A DNA stretch of 62,810 nt, filler included, from 4 parts of 4 records of this genome joined end to end with filler, not necessarily neighbours in it; one strand, 5' to 3'. Positions 40,338 through 50,999 are shown, counted from the first letter of the whole stretch. The notes: generated by a model from the letters alone, not told the origin. Numbers and translations: made by a program.

Positions 40338-42014
40338 CTAGAGCGTCGCGATAAAAGTCTGCAGGTTAACATCTGAGGGAAGATCGAGTTTTTTGCGCAA
40401 CCGATAGCGATGGCTCTCAACGTTGCGCACACTAACACACAGAATTTTGGCAATTTCTTTCGTAGAAAGGTTAACTTTTAACAGTGCACAGACTTTGAGC
40501 TCGGTGGGAGTCAACTTGGGGAAACGTTCGGAGATTATACGCAGGAAGTCCTGGTGCACTTGCTGGAACTGTTGCTCAAACACCGCCCAGTCATCTTCCA
40601 CATGAACATTATCGTCAATTTCCAGAGTCAAACTGTTTAACACCTTGCGAGTCGGTGAATCGGCTTTGGTGGCGGCAGATTTGATGCGTTTGCGCAGGCT
40701 CTCCAGAAACTCGTTTTTCTGTACCAGGTACATCGTTTGAGTTGTTAACTCCTTGCTCTTGAGCTCCATCGTCAGTTCCAGGCGCTCGTTTTCGAGCCGG
40801 TAAATTTCGCGATCCTGACGCGCCTGATCTATCTCAGCACGCAGACGCATTTCGGCTAGTTTTTGCTGGCTGTCGCGCGTGCGAACGTCATCTTTAACCA
40901 ATGCAAACCGGCGCTGATGGAAGAAGGCCTTTTCGTAGTCGCCCAACTCAGAGAACGTCAGTGAAAGTGATTCGTTGGCTTCAAATTCAGCCTGGCGGTC
41001 GCCGGTGGCTTCAGCCAATTCCAGGGCGCGCTGCAGAGCGGCCAGTGATGCTTCATTCTCGGAACGATCACGCTGTAAACGTCCGATACGCAGAAGCAGA
41101 ATTGCACTACTTTTATTGTCTTCGACACCTTCACTTAACTCGCGCCCGCGTATTAAAAATTTGAGGGCTTTTTCGAGGTCGCCGGTCTCGCGGTACAAAT
41201 CTCCCAAATAACCAAGTGTTAAAGCCTTGCCGATCACATCATCAACATCTTCGTAGAGTTTAAGAGCTTCATTCTGATATTCCAGAGCTTTTTGAGGCTC
41301 GCCTTTATCCTGCAGAATCAAACCAATATTGCTCAGAGTAACGGCCTGGCCGTAGACGTCATCATTTGAACGACGAATCTCGAGACTTTGCTGAAAACAC
41401 TCAAGAGCATTGTCGGCATCCTCCATCAGCATGTAAACACTGCCGAGGTTGTTAAGTGCAAAACCAACACGTTGCTGCCGGTCATGTTTTTTGCCGACTT
41501 CAAGACTTAAACGGTAATACTCAAGCGCTTGTGAATAGTCGCTCAATTCCTGATACATTACGCCAATATTGTTTAAGATCGCGCCGAGCCCACCATCCAG
41601 ATTGTGTTCTTCCAGAATTCCGCGAGCGCGTTCATAGGCTTCCAAGGCATTTTTAAAGTCGCCCTTTTTACGGTATGCCGTACCGATATTTTGAATGGCA
41701 GTCGCCAGATCCGCCGGAATATAGGACCGCTTAAGAATTTCGACCGCCTCTTGCAAAATTTCAATTGCGCCGTCATAGTCGAGAAGAATGATACGGCAGA
41801 CCCCGATTGTGCGCAGGAAAAACGCCTCGGAGTGTTTAGTGCGTTCGCGGCGTGACAGCTCTAATCCTTCAGCAGCTAACTCCAAAGTGTAGTGCGGGTC
41901 GTGCCGAATCGACTTCTGCGCCAGCTTTTGCAGAATTATAACGCGCTCAGTTCGGTTGCGCTCAAAGCTCAGTTCTTCCTTAAGATATTCTATGCTAGAA
42001 TTGGCATCCGACAT
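40338..42014 (-). CDS. TPR-repeat protein with C-terminal LuxR-type HTH
   Basis: Several TPRs (NIGTAY, NNIGVMY, NNLGSVY, SNIGL), coiled coil, LTPTELKVCALLKVNLSTKEIA...VESHRYRLRKKL; ATG overlaps the upstream stop (TGATG). Confidence 0.9.
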   Translation of the reverse strand: MSDANSSIEYLKEELSFERNRTERVIILQKLAQKSIRHDPHYTLELAAEGLELSRRERTKHSEAFFLRTIGVCRIILLDYDGAIEILQEAVEILKRSYIPADLATAIQNIGTAYRKKGDFKNALEAYERARGILEEHNLDGGLGAILNNIGVMYQELSDYSQALEYYRLSLEVGKKHDRQQRVGFALNNLGSVYMLMEDADNALECFQQSLEIRRSNDDVYGQAVTLSNIGLILQDKGEPQKALEYQNEALKLYEDVDDVIGKALTLGYLGDLYRETGDLEKALKFLIRGRELSEGVEDNKSSAILLLRIGRLQRDRSENEASLAALQRALELAEATGDRQAEFEANESLSLTFSELGDYEKAFFHQRRFALVKDDVRTRDSQQKLAEMRLRAEIDQARQDREIYRLENERLELTMELKSKELTTQTMYLVQKNEFLESLRKRIKSAATKADSPTRKVLNSLTLEIDDNVHVEDDWAVFEQQFQQVHQDFLRIISERFPKLTPTELKVCALLKVNLSTKEIAKILCVSVRNVESHRYRLRKKLDLPSDVNLQTFIATL

Positions 42015-43234
42015 CAATTGCGTTTCCAGTCAAGTTCATCTTGAATAGTGTTGAATTCACTTGGTGATAACAACTCAATAAAGCGGTCAAAGTCTTCAAC
42101 TTGGTGAAAAACCTGCGCTGCAGGGCGCACCAGCATTTGCCCCTGATGTATCGTAAACGGGACTTCAACCTTGCGAGTGCGGCGGCAATGTGCGCGCAAT
42201 TCGGCAGCTGACGTAGTATCGGCACGCCGCGCTTCAGCAAGCGGCAAAGCCAACATTCCAGCAGTCATGGATGCGGGCGCGGGCGCGGAAATGCCAAGCG
42301 TCGCGAGAGCACGCGCGCGCAGATCCGAAATCAGCGACTGCTGATATGCACGCATTGCTTCTACATTTAAATTTTTTATGAAGTCAATGGCGGCACCAAT
42401 ACTTAGGTAAGCACTATTGTCGCGCGTGCCGGCGTAATCAAACTCTGCCGCCAAACCATTGCCGTGGCCAAGGGAGATGATGTTTGCATGCGTATACGCG
42501 GCTCGTGACGCAGCGGTGTACAAAAGTGCACAACCCTTGGGAGCAAACATCCACTTGTGGCAGTTGCCCGTGTACCAGTCGGCATTAATACGACGCAGGT
42601 CGAGCGGCAACATTCCCGGTGCATGTGCTCCGTCCACAACCACCGGGACTCCGAATGCATGCGCAGCCTGCACAATTTCTTCGATTGGAAAAATTATGCC
42701 TGTGGGCGAGGCGACATGATCGATGACTAATAGTTCGCAGTCAGCAGTCAAAGCCTCAGTCACCAATCCGAGAACATCATCGGAAGATAAAATCGGAAAC
42801 GGAATTGCCAACTCGCGGTACTCCAGCCCAAAGTCACGGCCGGCAGTCTGCAGCATGTTGCGCACGGCCGGGTAGACCTGGTCAGTCGTCAACAAAAAAC
42901 GCCCGCGGCCGCTAGCCATCGATTTACGGCGTTCGCGCAAGTGTGACATTACAGCCGTCTGCACACCGCTGGTTGCATTCTCCACAAATACGAGGCGTTC
43001 AGCATCAGCTCCAACAAACTCGGCCAGGCGCGCCGCCTGCTCACGCATCACTCGTGGCAAAGTTTCCAGAAAAAAATCTACCGGCTGTTGTTCCATTTGT
43101 GCGCGCCAGACGCTCTGAGCGGCGAGGACGGTGTGTGGTGCCGCGCCGAAGGAGGCCGGATTTAAAAAGTCAAGATTCGTGTCCAGCGGCCACCAGTGTC
43201 TGATGCCATGTCCAAAGTGAAGCGAAGAGTTCAT
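42014..43234 (-). CDS. Class V PLP-dependent enzyme (isopenicillin N epimerase / cysteine desulfhydrase / Egt2-like)
   Basis: FLNPASFGA, VENATSG, DHVASPTG, VDGAHAPG, GNCHKW (PLP lysine), GTRD; start taken at MNSSLHF. Confidence 0.88.
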   Translation of the reverse strand: MNSSLHFGHGIRHWWPLDTNLDFLNPASFGAAPHTVLAAQSVWRAQMEQQPVDFFLETLPRVMREQAARLAEFVGADAERLVFVENATSGVQTAVMSHLRERRKSMASGRGRFLLTTDQVYPAVRNMLQTAGRDFGLEYRELAIPFPILSSDDVLGLVTEALTADCELLVIDHVASPTGIIFPIEEIVQAAHAFGVPVVVDGAHAPGMLPLDLRRINADWYTGNCHKWMFAPKGCALLYTAASRAAYTHANIISLGHGNGLAAEFDYAGTRDNSAYLSIGAAIDFIKNLNVEAMRAYQQSLISDLRARALATLGISAPAPASMTAGMLALPLAEARRADTTSAAELRAHCRRTRKVEVPFTIHQGQMLVRPAAQVFHQVEDFDRFIELLSPSEFNTIQDELDWKRN

Positions 43235-44008
43235 AAAGGCGCGCACTAAATTCAAAAATTCCCAATCCCCAAAATACGTTTTCAGGCCGTAACAGCATAT
43301 AGCAATCTCTGAAAGCCACGATTTTATGGTAAAAACCACATCAAATGAAGCTGCAAAACTAGCGCCTAGCTCTGGATAGATAGGTGCTGAAGCACAACAT
43401 TCCGCATTTGAGTCTGGAGCTGTTTGAAGAATGCAACAAGTTTACTAGATTGTATGCAGTTAGTGTGGCCATTAATCGAACGGTCGCCTGGTAATAGTCC
43501 TTGGGGATTTGAGGATTGATCCAGAAGAATAACAGCGAATCTGGGTTCAGCTTCGATGGCTTTAAGATCATAGTTTGACTGGCAGGGTGCTTGCAGTTCT
43601 GGACGACGCTACTTGAAACATCAAGTGTGCCTTGCGTCAGTAGAACTTAGGCAAAAGACCTAAGTCGATTGAACGCATCGACTTTCCGGCTGGTGTCAGA
43701 CGCGCATACCTGGTGGGAACTTTGCCGGCGAATCGTATTCATGAATGTTAGTCGGATCGATACAGATACTGCTGAACCAGGTGAGTGTAGAGTGAATTCC
43801 GGGTTGAAGAGTCCAGCTGATTTAGTTGCAAAATGAGTGGCATTTTGGATGAGCGACTCTGGACCGTGCCGGTTGAATTCAAGTAATTAAGGTCGATGTT
43901 TCCCGCCGAATTGCGCTGCTCCGGGTAGCGTAATTCCCTACAACGTACTTTCCTGATACAGTTCGGCAAAGATGAGCGGAATGTCTCCGCAATCCATAGG
44001 TGCTGACT

Positions 44009-47000
44009 ATGCAACATGCACAATCAACTAAACCTCACTTACTGGTATGGCACGGTCCCGGATTTTCGGCTGAAGTGCTGGAAGCAGCCTGTGACGGAAT
44101 GCTGCAGTCTGCAACCTACACTCGCAACCTGCAGGAAGTACTTCAGGCCGTTGCCGATTGTTCTCTGTGCCTTGTAGCCATTGAAATTGGTGAGCAAATA
44201 GCGCTCGATACAACGATCGTCGAAAAGATTCGCCAAAGCGCCAGATCATTCGAAGTTAGTGTGATTGCTCTGTGTCAGACACTGGACGATGAATTCGCTG
44301 ATGCGGCCTACGCCGCCGGTTTTGACGATGCACTTGCCTTAAATGCTGCCAGCATCCTGCGCATGCGTATGCGCAATCATGTTAGGTCCGCGCAAGCCGT
44401 GGCGCGCCATCTTTCCGCGCGTGAGGAGCTCTGCAAAATCAATTCTGAGCTGGAAAACATTGTAAGCGACCGTACAACGGAGCTGCGCGATTTTAATGAC
44501 AAGCTACAAAACGAAGTCTTCGAACGGCGGCTGGCCGAAGAAGCAGGTGCAATCAAGGAGGCTCAGTTAATCCAGATTATTGACCTCGTGCCACACTTCA
44601 TCTTCGCCAAAAATGCGAAAGGCGACTTTATCATCGTCAACAAAGCTGTCGCCGATGCATATGGCGTTTCAGTAAAGGAATTGCTCCACAAGCGCAATCA
44701 GGAATTTCATCCGGAAAACGAAGAAATGTCAGGCTACCTTAATGACGACGCTCAGGTCATTAAGTCCGGCAACCCCAAGTTCATTCCCGAAGAGTCTTTC
44801 ACAGACTTTATGGGCCGCAAACGCTACCTCCAAACAACTAAAATTCCGCTTACCCTGGCCGGCCATGATGATCCCGTGGTACTTGGTGTAGCCATTGACA
44901 TTTCCGAGCAAAAGCGCACACATGCCAAATTGCGTGAGCGTGACGACCGCCTGCGTATGCTGGCCAACCAGATGCCGGCAATGATTTGGACTACTGATGA
45001 CAAATTGCGCGCTACCTCGTATTCCGGTGCCGGCCTGCGCCACTTTGGCGTTAGGCCGCGCGACAATACACGTGTGCCCTTGCGCCTGTTTTTTGCGGCA
45101 AACCGGCATAAAACCGATCAGCCGGATGTGCCCATGCGCATGCTCCAAAAAGTATTGCGCGATCGCGCCTCCGTCAACTTTGAGCTGCGCTGGGAAAAAC
45201 GCTATTTGGATGTACACCTGGCGCCGATGTTAGACAGCAATGGCAATCTGCTGGGAACGATCGGGATGGCCCTGGACATCACGATCAAGTTTAAGGCCGA
45301 GCAGGAGATTCGCGAGCGTGATGTTATTCTCGACAATGTGCGCCGGCTAACCAACCTGGCGATGATTTCGATCAACTTCCCCGATCGCAATCTGAATGGA
45401 TCAGCCGAGTTTAACCAGATAGTTGGCATGCCCGAAGGCGAGGAGATGTACAACTTCCAGCAGTATCTGGAAATGGTATTGCCGGAGGATCGCAACATTC
45501 TGGTTAAGGCAATCGAGGATCCGGACATGGATCTTGGCCGCCGCCCAATCTACCATCGTATCAAATCAGCGTCGGGCAATCTGCGCCACTTAAACGCTCA
45601 ATTTGATGCCATAAGGGACTCCGATGGCAATACCATTCGCCTGCTGGGACTCTTTACGGATATTACCAAACGTAAAGCCGTAGAAACTGAGCTACAACGC
45701 AGCGAAACACGCTTTTCTGATATTGTTAATACCGTGGGCGAAGCAATTGTGGCGTTTAACGCGCAACGCAAAATCGTAATTTTTAATGCAGCTGCCGAAA
45801 CAACCTTTAACTATACCAGCGAAGAAGTTTTGGGCCAATCCTTTGATTCGCTGCTCCCCTCCCACGAATCCGGACGCCTGCAAAAACAGCTGAACACCCT
45901 GACCCATTCCGGAGCCGCGCTCGACAAGCGGCGCGCAATTACCTGCGTGCGCAAAAACGGCCAGGCCTTTATGGCCGAAATCAATTACTCCCTGCTGGAA
46001 GTCACCAACGAACAACTGTACGTTGCCGTCCTGCGTGACGTAACCGTGCGTGTCAAGGCCGAACGCGAGCTGCAAAATGTCAATGAACAATTAGCCGCAA
46101 TCAACAAAGAGCTGCGCCAGTTCATCGATGCTGCGAATGCACCGATCTTTGGAATTGACCGCCTCGGCTCCGTGAATGAATGGAACCGCCGCGCCGAACA
46201 AATCACGGGCTTCACGCGTGAAGAACTGATGGGACGTGATGCCATCGATATGTTAATTGCACCCGAAGCCAAGCTGGCTGTCAACGAAATTTTGCGAGCC
46301 GCGCTGAACGGCATTGAAACGGATGACTATGAATTGCCCGTCATCACAAGCACTAAAGAGCGCGTGATCCTACTCCTGAATGCCACTGCGCGGCGCGATG
46401 CCGTCGGCGAAATTATTGGTGTTATTGGAGTTGGACAGGATATCACCGAACGGATTCGCGCTACGGCCGAGCTTTCCAACGAGCGAGTTAAACTGGCCGA
46501 CACGGTCGAAAGACGCACCAAAGAGCTGCGAACGGCAAATCGCCAGTTAGCGCGCGCCAATCAAATGAAAGATGATTTTCTGGCCAATATGAGCCACGAA
46601 TTGCGCACGCCTCTCAATACCATCCTGGGAATGTCCGAGTCATTGATCGACGGTATTTACGGAGCCGTCAACGAACGCCAGAGCACTGCGATTGGCCACA
46701 TCGAACAGAGTGGCTCACATCTGCTGGCTTTGATTAACGATATATTGGACCTCTCCAAAATCGGTGCCGATAAACTCGAACTCGAAATAAGCAGCGTGTC
46801 GGTTCCGGCCATATGTGATGCCAGCCTGATGTTCATCCGCAAATTTGCGGACGAGAAGAATATTACCCTCAAAACCGATTTTAGCAATACAGTGCAACAG
46901 CTGCAGGCCGACGAGCTGCGCCTTAAACAGATTCTGGTTAACCTGCTCAACAATGCCGTCAAATTCACTGAAGAAGGCGGTGAAATTGGCCTGCGCGTCA

Positions 47001-47755
47001 GTGACCTGCAAAAAGGCCGCTTTGTTAAGTTTGAAATCTGGGACTCGGGAATTGGCATCGAAGCCCAACACCTGGAAAATCTGTTTCAGCCCTTCATGCA
47101 GATCGACAATAAGTTGGCCAGGCGCTTTCCCGGTACCGGCCTGGGACTCTCACTCGTGTATCGCCTGACACGCATGCACGGCGGCAAGGTTCTGGTAGAC
47201 AGCAAACCCGATGTCGGCAGTCGCTTCAGTGTGGTCCTGCCCAAGGAACAGGATGAACTCCTGCGCGATATTCCAGCCCAACTTCCCATTCAAAGCAGCT
47301 TCGTTGAACCGCAACAAATTGCGGCCTCAGGCAAGAATGGATCCAGCCTTAGCCCAGAGCTTGAAAGTGAAGTAGAAATCAGCATGGATACCCAACCTCT
47401 GGTCCTCCTTGCTGAAGACAATGAGCAAACAATCAATACAATTACAGAATATTTGCGTGCCAAAAATTTACGCGTCATCAATGCGTCGGACGGTGTCATG
47501 GCAGTTGAACTCGCAAAAAAACACTTGCCCGACGTTATCCTTATGGACATCCAAATGCCACGCCTCAGTGGCCTGGATGCGATTCGTTTGATTCGCAAGG
47601 ACCAGCGAACTAAATCAACACTCCTGATCGCGCTCACGGCCTTTGCCATGCGTGGAGACCGCGAACGCTGCCTGGAAGCCGGCGCCGACCAATACCTCAG
47701 TAAACCAGTTCGGCTCCAGCAGCTTCATCAACTTATTGTATCTTCCCTTGACTAA
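44009..47755 (+). CDS. Hybrid sensor histidine kinase: pseudo-receiver, 5 PAS, HisKA, HATPase, receiver
   Basis: FLANMSHELRTPLN H-box, NLLNNAVKFT, DSGIGI, GTGLGL, terminal ILMDIQMP..YLSKP; five PAS/PAC units ending DIS/DIT/DIT/DVT/DIT. Confidence 0.95.
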   Translation: MQHAQSTKPHLLVWHGPGFSAEVLEAACDGMLQSATYTRNLQEVLQAVADCSLCLVAIEIGEQIALDTTIVEKIRQSARSFEVSVIALCQTLDDEFADAAYAAGFDDALALNAASILRMRMRNHVRSAQAVARHLSAREELCKINSELENIVSDRTTELRDFNDKLQNEVFERRLAEEAGAIKEAQLIQIIDLVPHFIFAKNAKGDFIIVNKAVADAYGVSVKELLHKRNQEFHPENEEMSGYLNDDAQVIKSGNPKFIPEESFTDFMGRKRYLQTTKIPLTLAGHDDPVVLGVAIDISEQKRTHAKLRERDDRLRMLANQMPAMIWTTDDKLRATSYSGAGLRHFGVRPRDNTRVPLRLFFAANRHKTDQPDVPMRMLQKVLRDRASVNFELRWEKRYLDVHLAPMLDSNGNLLGTIGMALDITIKFKAEQEIRERDVILDNVRRLTNLAMISINFPDRNLNGSAEFNQIVGMPEGEEMYNFQQYLEMVLPEDRNILVKAIEDPDMDLGRRPIYHRIKSASGNLRHLNAQFDAIRDSDGNTIRLLGLFTDITKRKAVETELQRSETRFSDIVNTVGEAIVAFNAQRKIVIFNAAAETTFNYTSEEVLGQSFDSLLPSHESGRLQKQLNTLTHSGAALDKRRAITCVRKNGQAFMAEINYSLLEVTNEQLYVAVLRDVTVRVKAERELQNVNEQLAAINKELRQFIDAANAPIFGIDRLGSVNEWNRRAEQITGFTREELMGRDAIDMLIAPEAKLAVNEILRAALNGIETDDYELPVITSTKERVILLLNATARRDAVGEIIGVIGVGQDITERIRATAELSNERVKLADTVERRTKELRTANRQLARANQMKDDFLANMSHELRTPLNTILGMSESLIDGIYGAVNERQSTAIGHIEQSGSHLLALINDILDLSKIGADKLELEISSVSVPAICDASLMFIRKFADEKNITLKTDFSNTVQQLQADELRLKQILVNLLNNAVKFTEEGGEIGLRVSDLQKGRFVKFEIWDSGIGIEAQHLENLFQPFMQIDNKLARRFPGTGLGLSLVYRLTRMHGGKVLVDSKPDVGSRFSVVLPKEQDELLRDIPAQLPIQSSFVEPQQIAASGKNGSSLSPELESEVEISMDTQPLVLLAEDNEQTINTITEYLRAKNLRVINASDGVMAVELAKKHLPDVILMDIQMPRLSGLDAIRLIRKDQRTKSTLLIALTAFAMRGDRERCLEAGADQYLSKPVRLQQLHQLIVSSLD

Positions 47756-47777
47756 ACCAGCGCAGGTAGCGTTTACA

Positions 47778-48908
47778 ATGTCCCAAAACCCTATGCACAA
47801 TTCCAGCGACAGCAACTCCGCAGCTCTGCCCCCAGGCAACATCCTGATCGTAGACGACGATCCACTCGCGCACGAAACGATCAAAGGTCAACTCTCACTG
47901 GAGGGTTACTCCGTCTTACGAGCTGACGATGGCCGCGAAGCGCGCCAAGTACTCAAAGATACGATTCCCGATCTCATCATATCCGATGTGATGATGCCGA
48001 ACGTCAATGGCTTTGAGCTATGCACATCTATCAAAGAAGACAACAGACTCAAGCACGTTCCCGTCGTTCTCGTTACCGCTCTCTACAGCAAGGAAGACCT
48101 CCTGCGCGGTTTTGATGCCGGCGCCGATGACTTCATCAGCAAACCCGTGCGCGGTACCGAATTGCGCGCGCGCGTCCGCTCATTGATTCGCATCAAACGC
48201 CAGTACGACGAACTGCAGAACATGGCGAATCTGCGCGAACAGCTCAGCAACATGATTGTCCACGACCTGAAAACGCCGCTGACGGCCATTATGTTCAGCC
48301 TCGACTATCTGGAGCGCTTTGGCGAACTGCCGGACGAAGCCCAGGAACACAACACAAAAATGCTGCGCGAAGCCCAGCGCCTGAACGGCATGATTGATGA
48401 CCTGCTCGTTACCGCCAAACAACAGGCCGGCAAACTCATCCCGAACCTCGCGGACTGCCCAATTAAACAAATTCTGCTCGACGCTCTGGACTCACACGTT
48501 CTGCTGGCGGAAAGTCGCAATATCACATTCAAAACTGAAATTGACCTTCCCAAAGACTTCGTCGTGCGCGCGGACCCCAATCTGCTGCGCCGCTCGATTG
48601 ACAACATTCTCGACAATGCCCTCAAATACACCTTGCGTGACGGTCTGGTTAAAATAGTCGCGCGTGAGCTGGATCCCGAAGACAAATATTCGGTGGAGTT
48701 TGAATTCTGGGATAGCGGCATGGGCATTCCCGCCGAATACCGCGATCGCATCTTTGAAAGTTTTGAGATAATCTCCGCCAAACGCGGCGGCGTAGCTCAG
48801 GTGGGCCTGGGCCTTGCATTCTGCAAAACTGCAATCGATGCACATAACGGTACACTTGATGTGCGCGACAATCCAGACGGCGGATCGATCTTCAGCATCA
48901 AAATTTGA
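47778..48908 (+). CDS. Receiver-histidine kinase hybrid (REC-HisKA-HATPase)
   Basis: ILIVDDD, ISDVMMP, FISKP, VHDLKTPL, NILDNALKY, DSGMGI, GLGL. Confidence 0.93.
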   Translation: MSQNPMHNSSDSNSAALPPGNILIVDDDPLAHETIKGQLSLEGYSVLRADDGREARQVLKDTIPDLIISDVMMPNVNGFELCTSIKEDNRLKHVPVVLVTALYSKEDLLRGFDAGADDFISKPVRGTELRARVRSLIRIKRQYDELQNMANLREQLSNMIVHDLKTPLTAIMFSLDYLERFGELPDEAQEHNTKMLREAQRLNGMIDDLLVTAKQQAGKLIPNLADCPIKQILLDALDSHVLLAESRNITFKTEIDLPKDFVVRADPNLLRRSIDNILDNALKYTLRDGLVKIVARELDPEDKYSVEFEFWDSGMGIPAEYRDRIFESFEIISAKRGGVAQVGLGLAFCKTAIDAHNGTLDVRDNPDGGSIFSIKI

Positions 48909-49035
48909 TGCACAAATGCTTGGCCAAACAGATTTGGCATTGTAAATTCACGGCTGCGGAATTCAGCGAATAACATCCTGACCGCAAAAAGCCGTACTTC
49001 TATTTGTTGTGGCGATCACCGCCCAGGCCAATTGC

Positions 49036-50313
49036 ATGCATAGCAGCCAGAAACGAATCGCACTGATTGTGGACGACGACGCCGTCTTCCGCTCATACGC
49101 CACGCGTATCCTTAAACGCAAGTTTAACTTCGACACCTACGAGGCCGGCAACGGGTCCGAAGGCCTGGAACTGATTCAGGAACACAAACCCGACATGGTC
49201 ATCCTCGATGTGCGCATGCCCATCCTCGACGGCTTTGAAACACTCCACGCCATTCGCTCCGACTCCCAATTCGCCAACCTCATCGTTATTATCGCCACCT
49301 CATCCAAGGACATGGACGCCTTTAAACGGCTCGCCAAGTTTGACCCGACTGACTACATCTTAAAACCAATCGACATTGAAAACTTCATTCAACGCATGTC
49401 ACGCGTTATCTCCAGCATGCCGGAGCGCCGCAGCGCCGAAGATGAAGAAAACGAAGGAACTACTAAAGATCGCGCCGGAATTTTGGTCGTCGATAAAGAT
49501 GAAACCTTCCGCAACTTTGTTGGTGAACTCCTGAGCGATAAATTTTTAGTTAACAGCACACAAAGTGGCCCCGATGCCCTGGCGCTCTATCTGGAACACC
49601 GCCCGCGTATTGTCCTGATCGGCGGTGAACTACTTCTTTTCAACGAAAAACTACTCGCACGCAAAATTAAACAAGGCAACTTCCATAAAGCGCGCGTCCT
49701 TTACCTGCAGGAACCCGGTGGTGAACTCAACGCACCCAGCGAAAACTTTGACGCTATCATCCACAAAACTTTTATTCCAGATGACTTCCTCAAAAGTTTC
49801 TCCGATGAAGCCCTGCAGACTGGTATTAGCATCGACCGTTGGCGCGAAGTACTTGCCGGTGCACAAACTGCCCTCGAAAATCAAATGTCTCCAATTGTCG
49901 GCTTCCCGATTCGTTTTGCCGACAGTGCCGATCTAAATCTGGAAGACGGCAGCGACATCATAAACGCCACAGTTCAATTTGTACAAACCGGTGGCTCATC
50001 AATTATTTCCATTACCTTGCGCGGCATTGACACCGACGTTCAGGAGTTGCGCGACCTAATTATCGCGTCCTTCCCCTCTCAGGATAAACTCGACGGCCCC
50101 GGCACCTTGCGCCATTTACTTGCTGTAATCGAAAAAATCAGCCAGGGCCATGTTTCTGAACAGGAAATTCTGTTAAGTAAAGTTGACGCCAGTGCCATCC
50201 CCGAAAACGCTGCAGAAGTTGTCAGCTTTAACCGTGGTATGATTTGTAATGACAAAGTTGTTATTCAACTGACGGTGCGTGTGTTAAGCGGTCCAATGTC
50301 TGCAATCAGTTAA
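49036..50313 (+). CDS. Response regulator with receiver, pseudo-receiver and uncharacterised C-terminal domain
   Basis: LIVDDD, ILDVRMP, YILKP; second REC-like ILVVDKD..IVLIGG lacks the acceptor Asp; about 160-aa C-terminal alpha/beta domain. Confidence 0.85.
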   Translation: MHSSQKRIALIVDDDAVFRSYATRILKRKFNFDTYEAGNGSEGLELIQEHKPDMVILDVRMPILDGFETLHAIRSDSQFANLIVIIATSSKDMDAFKRLAKFDPTDYILKPIDIENFIQRMSRVISSMPERRSAEDEENEGTTKDRAGILVVDKDETFRNFVGELLSDKFLVNSTQSGPDALALYLEHRPRIVLIGGELLLFNEKLLARKIKQGNFHKARVLYLQEPGGELNAPSENFDAIIHKTFIPDDFLKSFSDEALQTGISIDRWREVLAGAQTALENQMSPIVGFPIRFADSADLNLEDGSDIINATVQFVQTGGSSIISITLRGIDTDVQELRDLIIASFPSQDKLDGPGTLRHLLAVIEKISQGHVSEQEILLSKVDASAIPENAAEVVSFNRGMICNDKVVIQLTVRVLSGPMSAIS

Positions 50314-50622
50314 GTTTTTGCCCTGTCAAAATCAATTTGGCCTCTATCTTTTCGATAATTAAACTCACTACTAAACATCTTGATTGCAGCGCCCCCGGCA
50401 CTCCGTTTGTTGGCTTGCTTTTTGATTCTTTTGTTAGTTATTTAACAAAAAGTGACGAGTCACTCAGCCACCTTAACATTCTGTGAGTTGCAGCGGACTA
50501 AGCGGATGTACGTTTCTGACCCAGTGCCAAACAAAATGATTATCGCGACCAGCCGCCAGGGTGAGGCGCCCGCGTTTACAAGAACTCAACCAGCCAGGAC
50601 AAGTAAACACTCACTTTTTATG

Positions 50623-50657
50623 CAAAAACAGAAACGGCCGATCTTACGACCGGCCGT
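50623..50657 (-). terminator. Intrinsic terminator after the CDGSH gene
   Basis: ACGGCCGGTC-GTAA-GATCGGCCGT stem followed by TTCTGTTTTTG on the minus strand. Confidence 0.7.
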
Positions 50658-50756
50658 ATAAAATTACAGCGTGCAGCACCCAATGATCAGTCGAGCAAAG
50701 ACAGCCTCATTTCTGTGAATACGGAATTCGTTTTCAGCAGCAGCCGTCACCTGAAC

Positions 50757-50999
50757 TTAACTGTCCAATTTAACGTGCGAACCATCACAAAATGGAGCAG
50801 CACCAGACTGTTTGCAACCGCACCAGGCCAAGCGCCGCGACTCAGTCACCGTTTCAATGATCGGTCCAAACTGTGTACCGCGATGTGATCCATCACAATA
50901 GGGCTGCTTGCTGGATTTACCACAGGCGCACCAGGCATATTTACCCGGCTCAACCTGCAAAACATAGGGCGTCTTTTGAGCTACGATGGGTTTTTCCAT
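50757..50999 (-). CDS. CDGSH iron-sulfur domain protein (two motifs, MiNT/CISD3-like)
   Basis: [17 protein letters not shown] and [17 protein letters not shown]. Confidence 0.95.
   Translation of the reverse strand: MEKPIVAQKTPYVLQVEPGKYAWCACGKSSKQPYCDGSHRGTQFGPIIETVTESRRLAWCGCKQSGAAPFCDGSHVKLDS

Noticed and set aside
43960-44010. GGCAAA...CGCAA resemblance to a c-di-GMP-I riboswitch upstream of the kinase
   Set aside because: No GNRA-capped P2 stem and no 3' strand to close P1/P3
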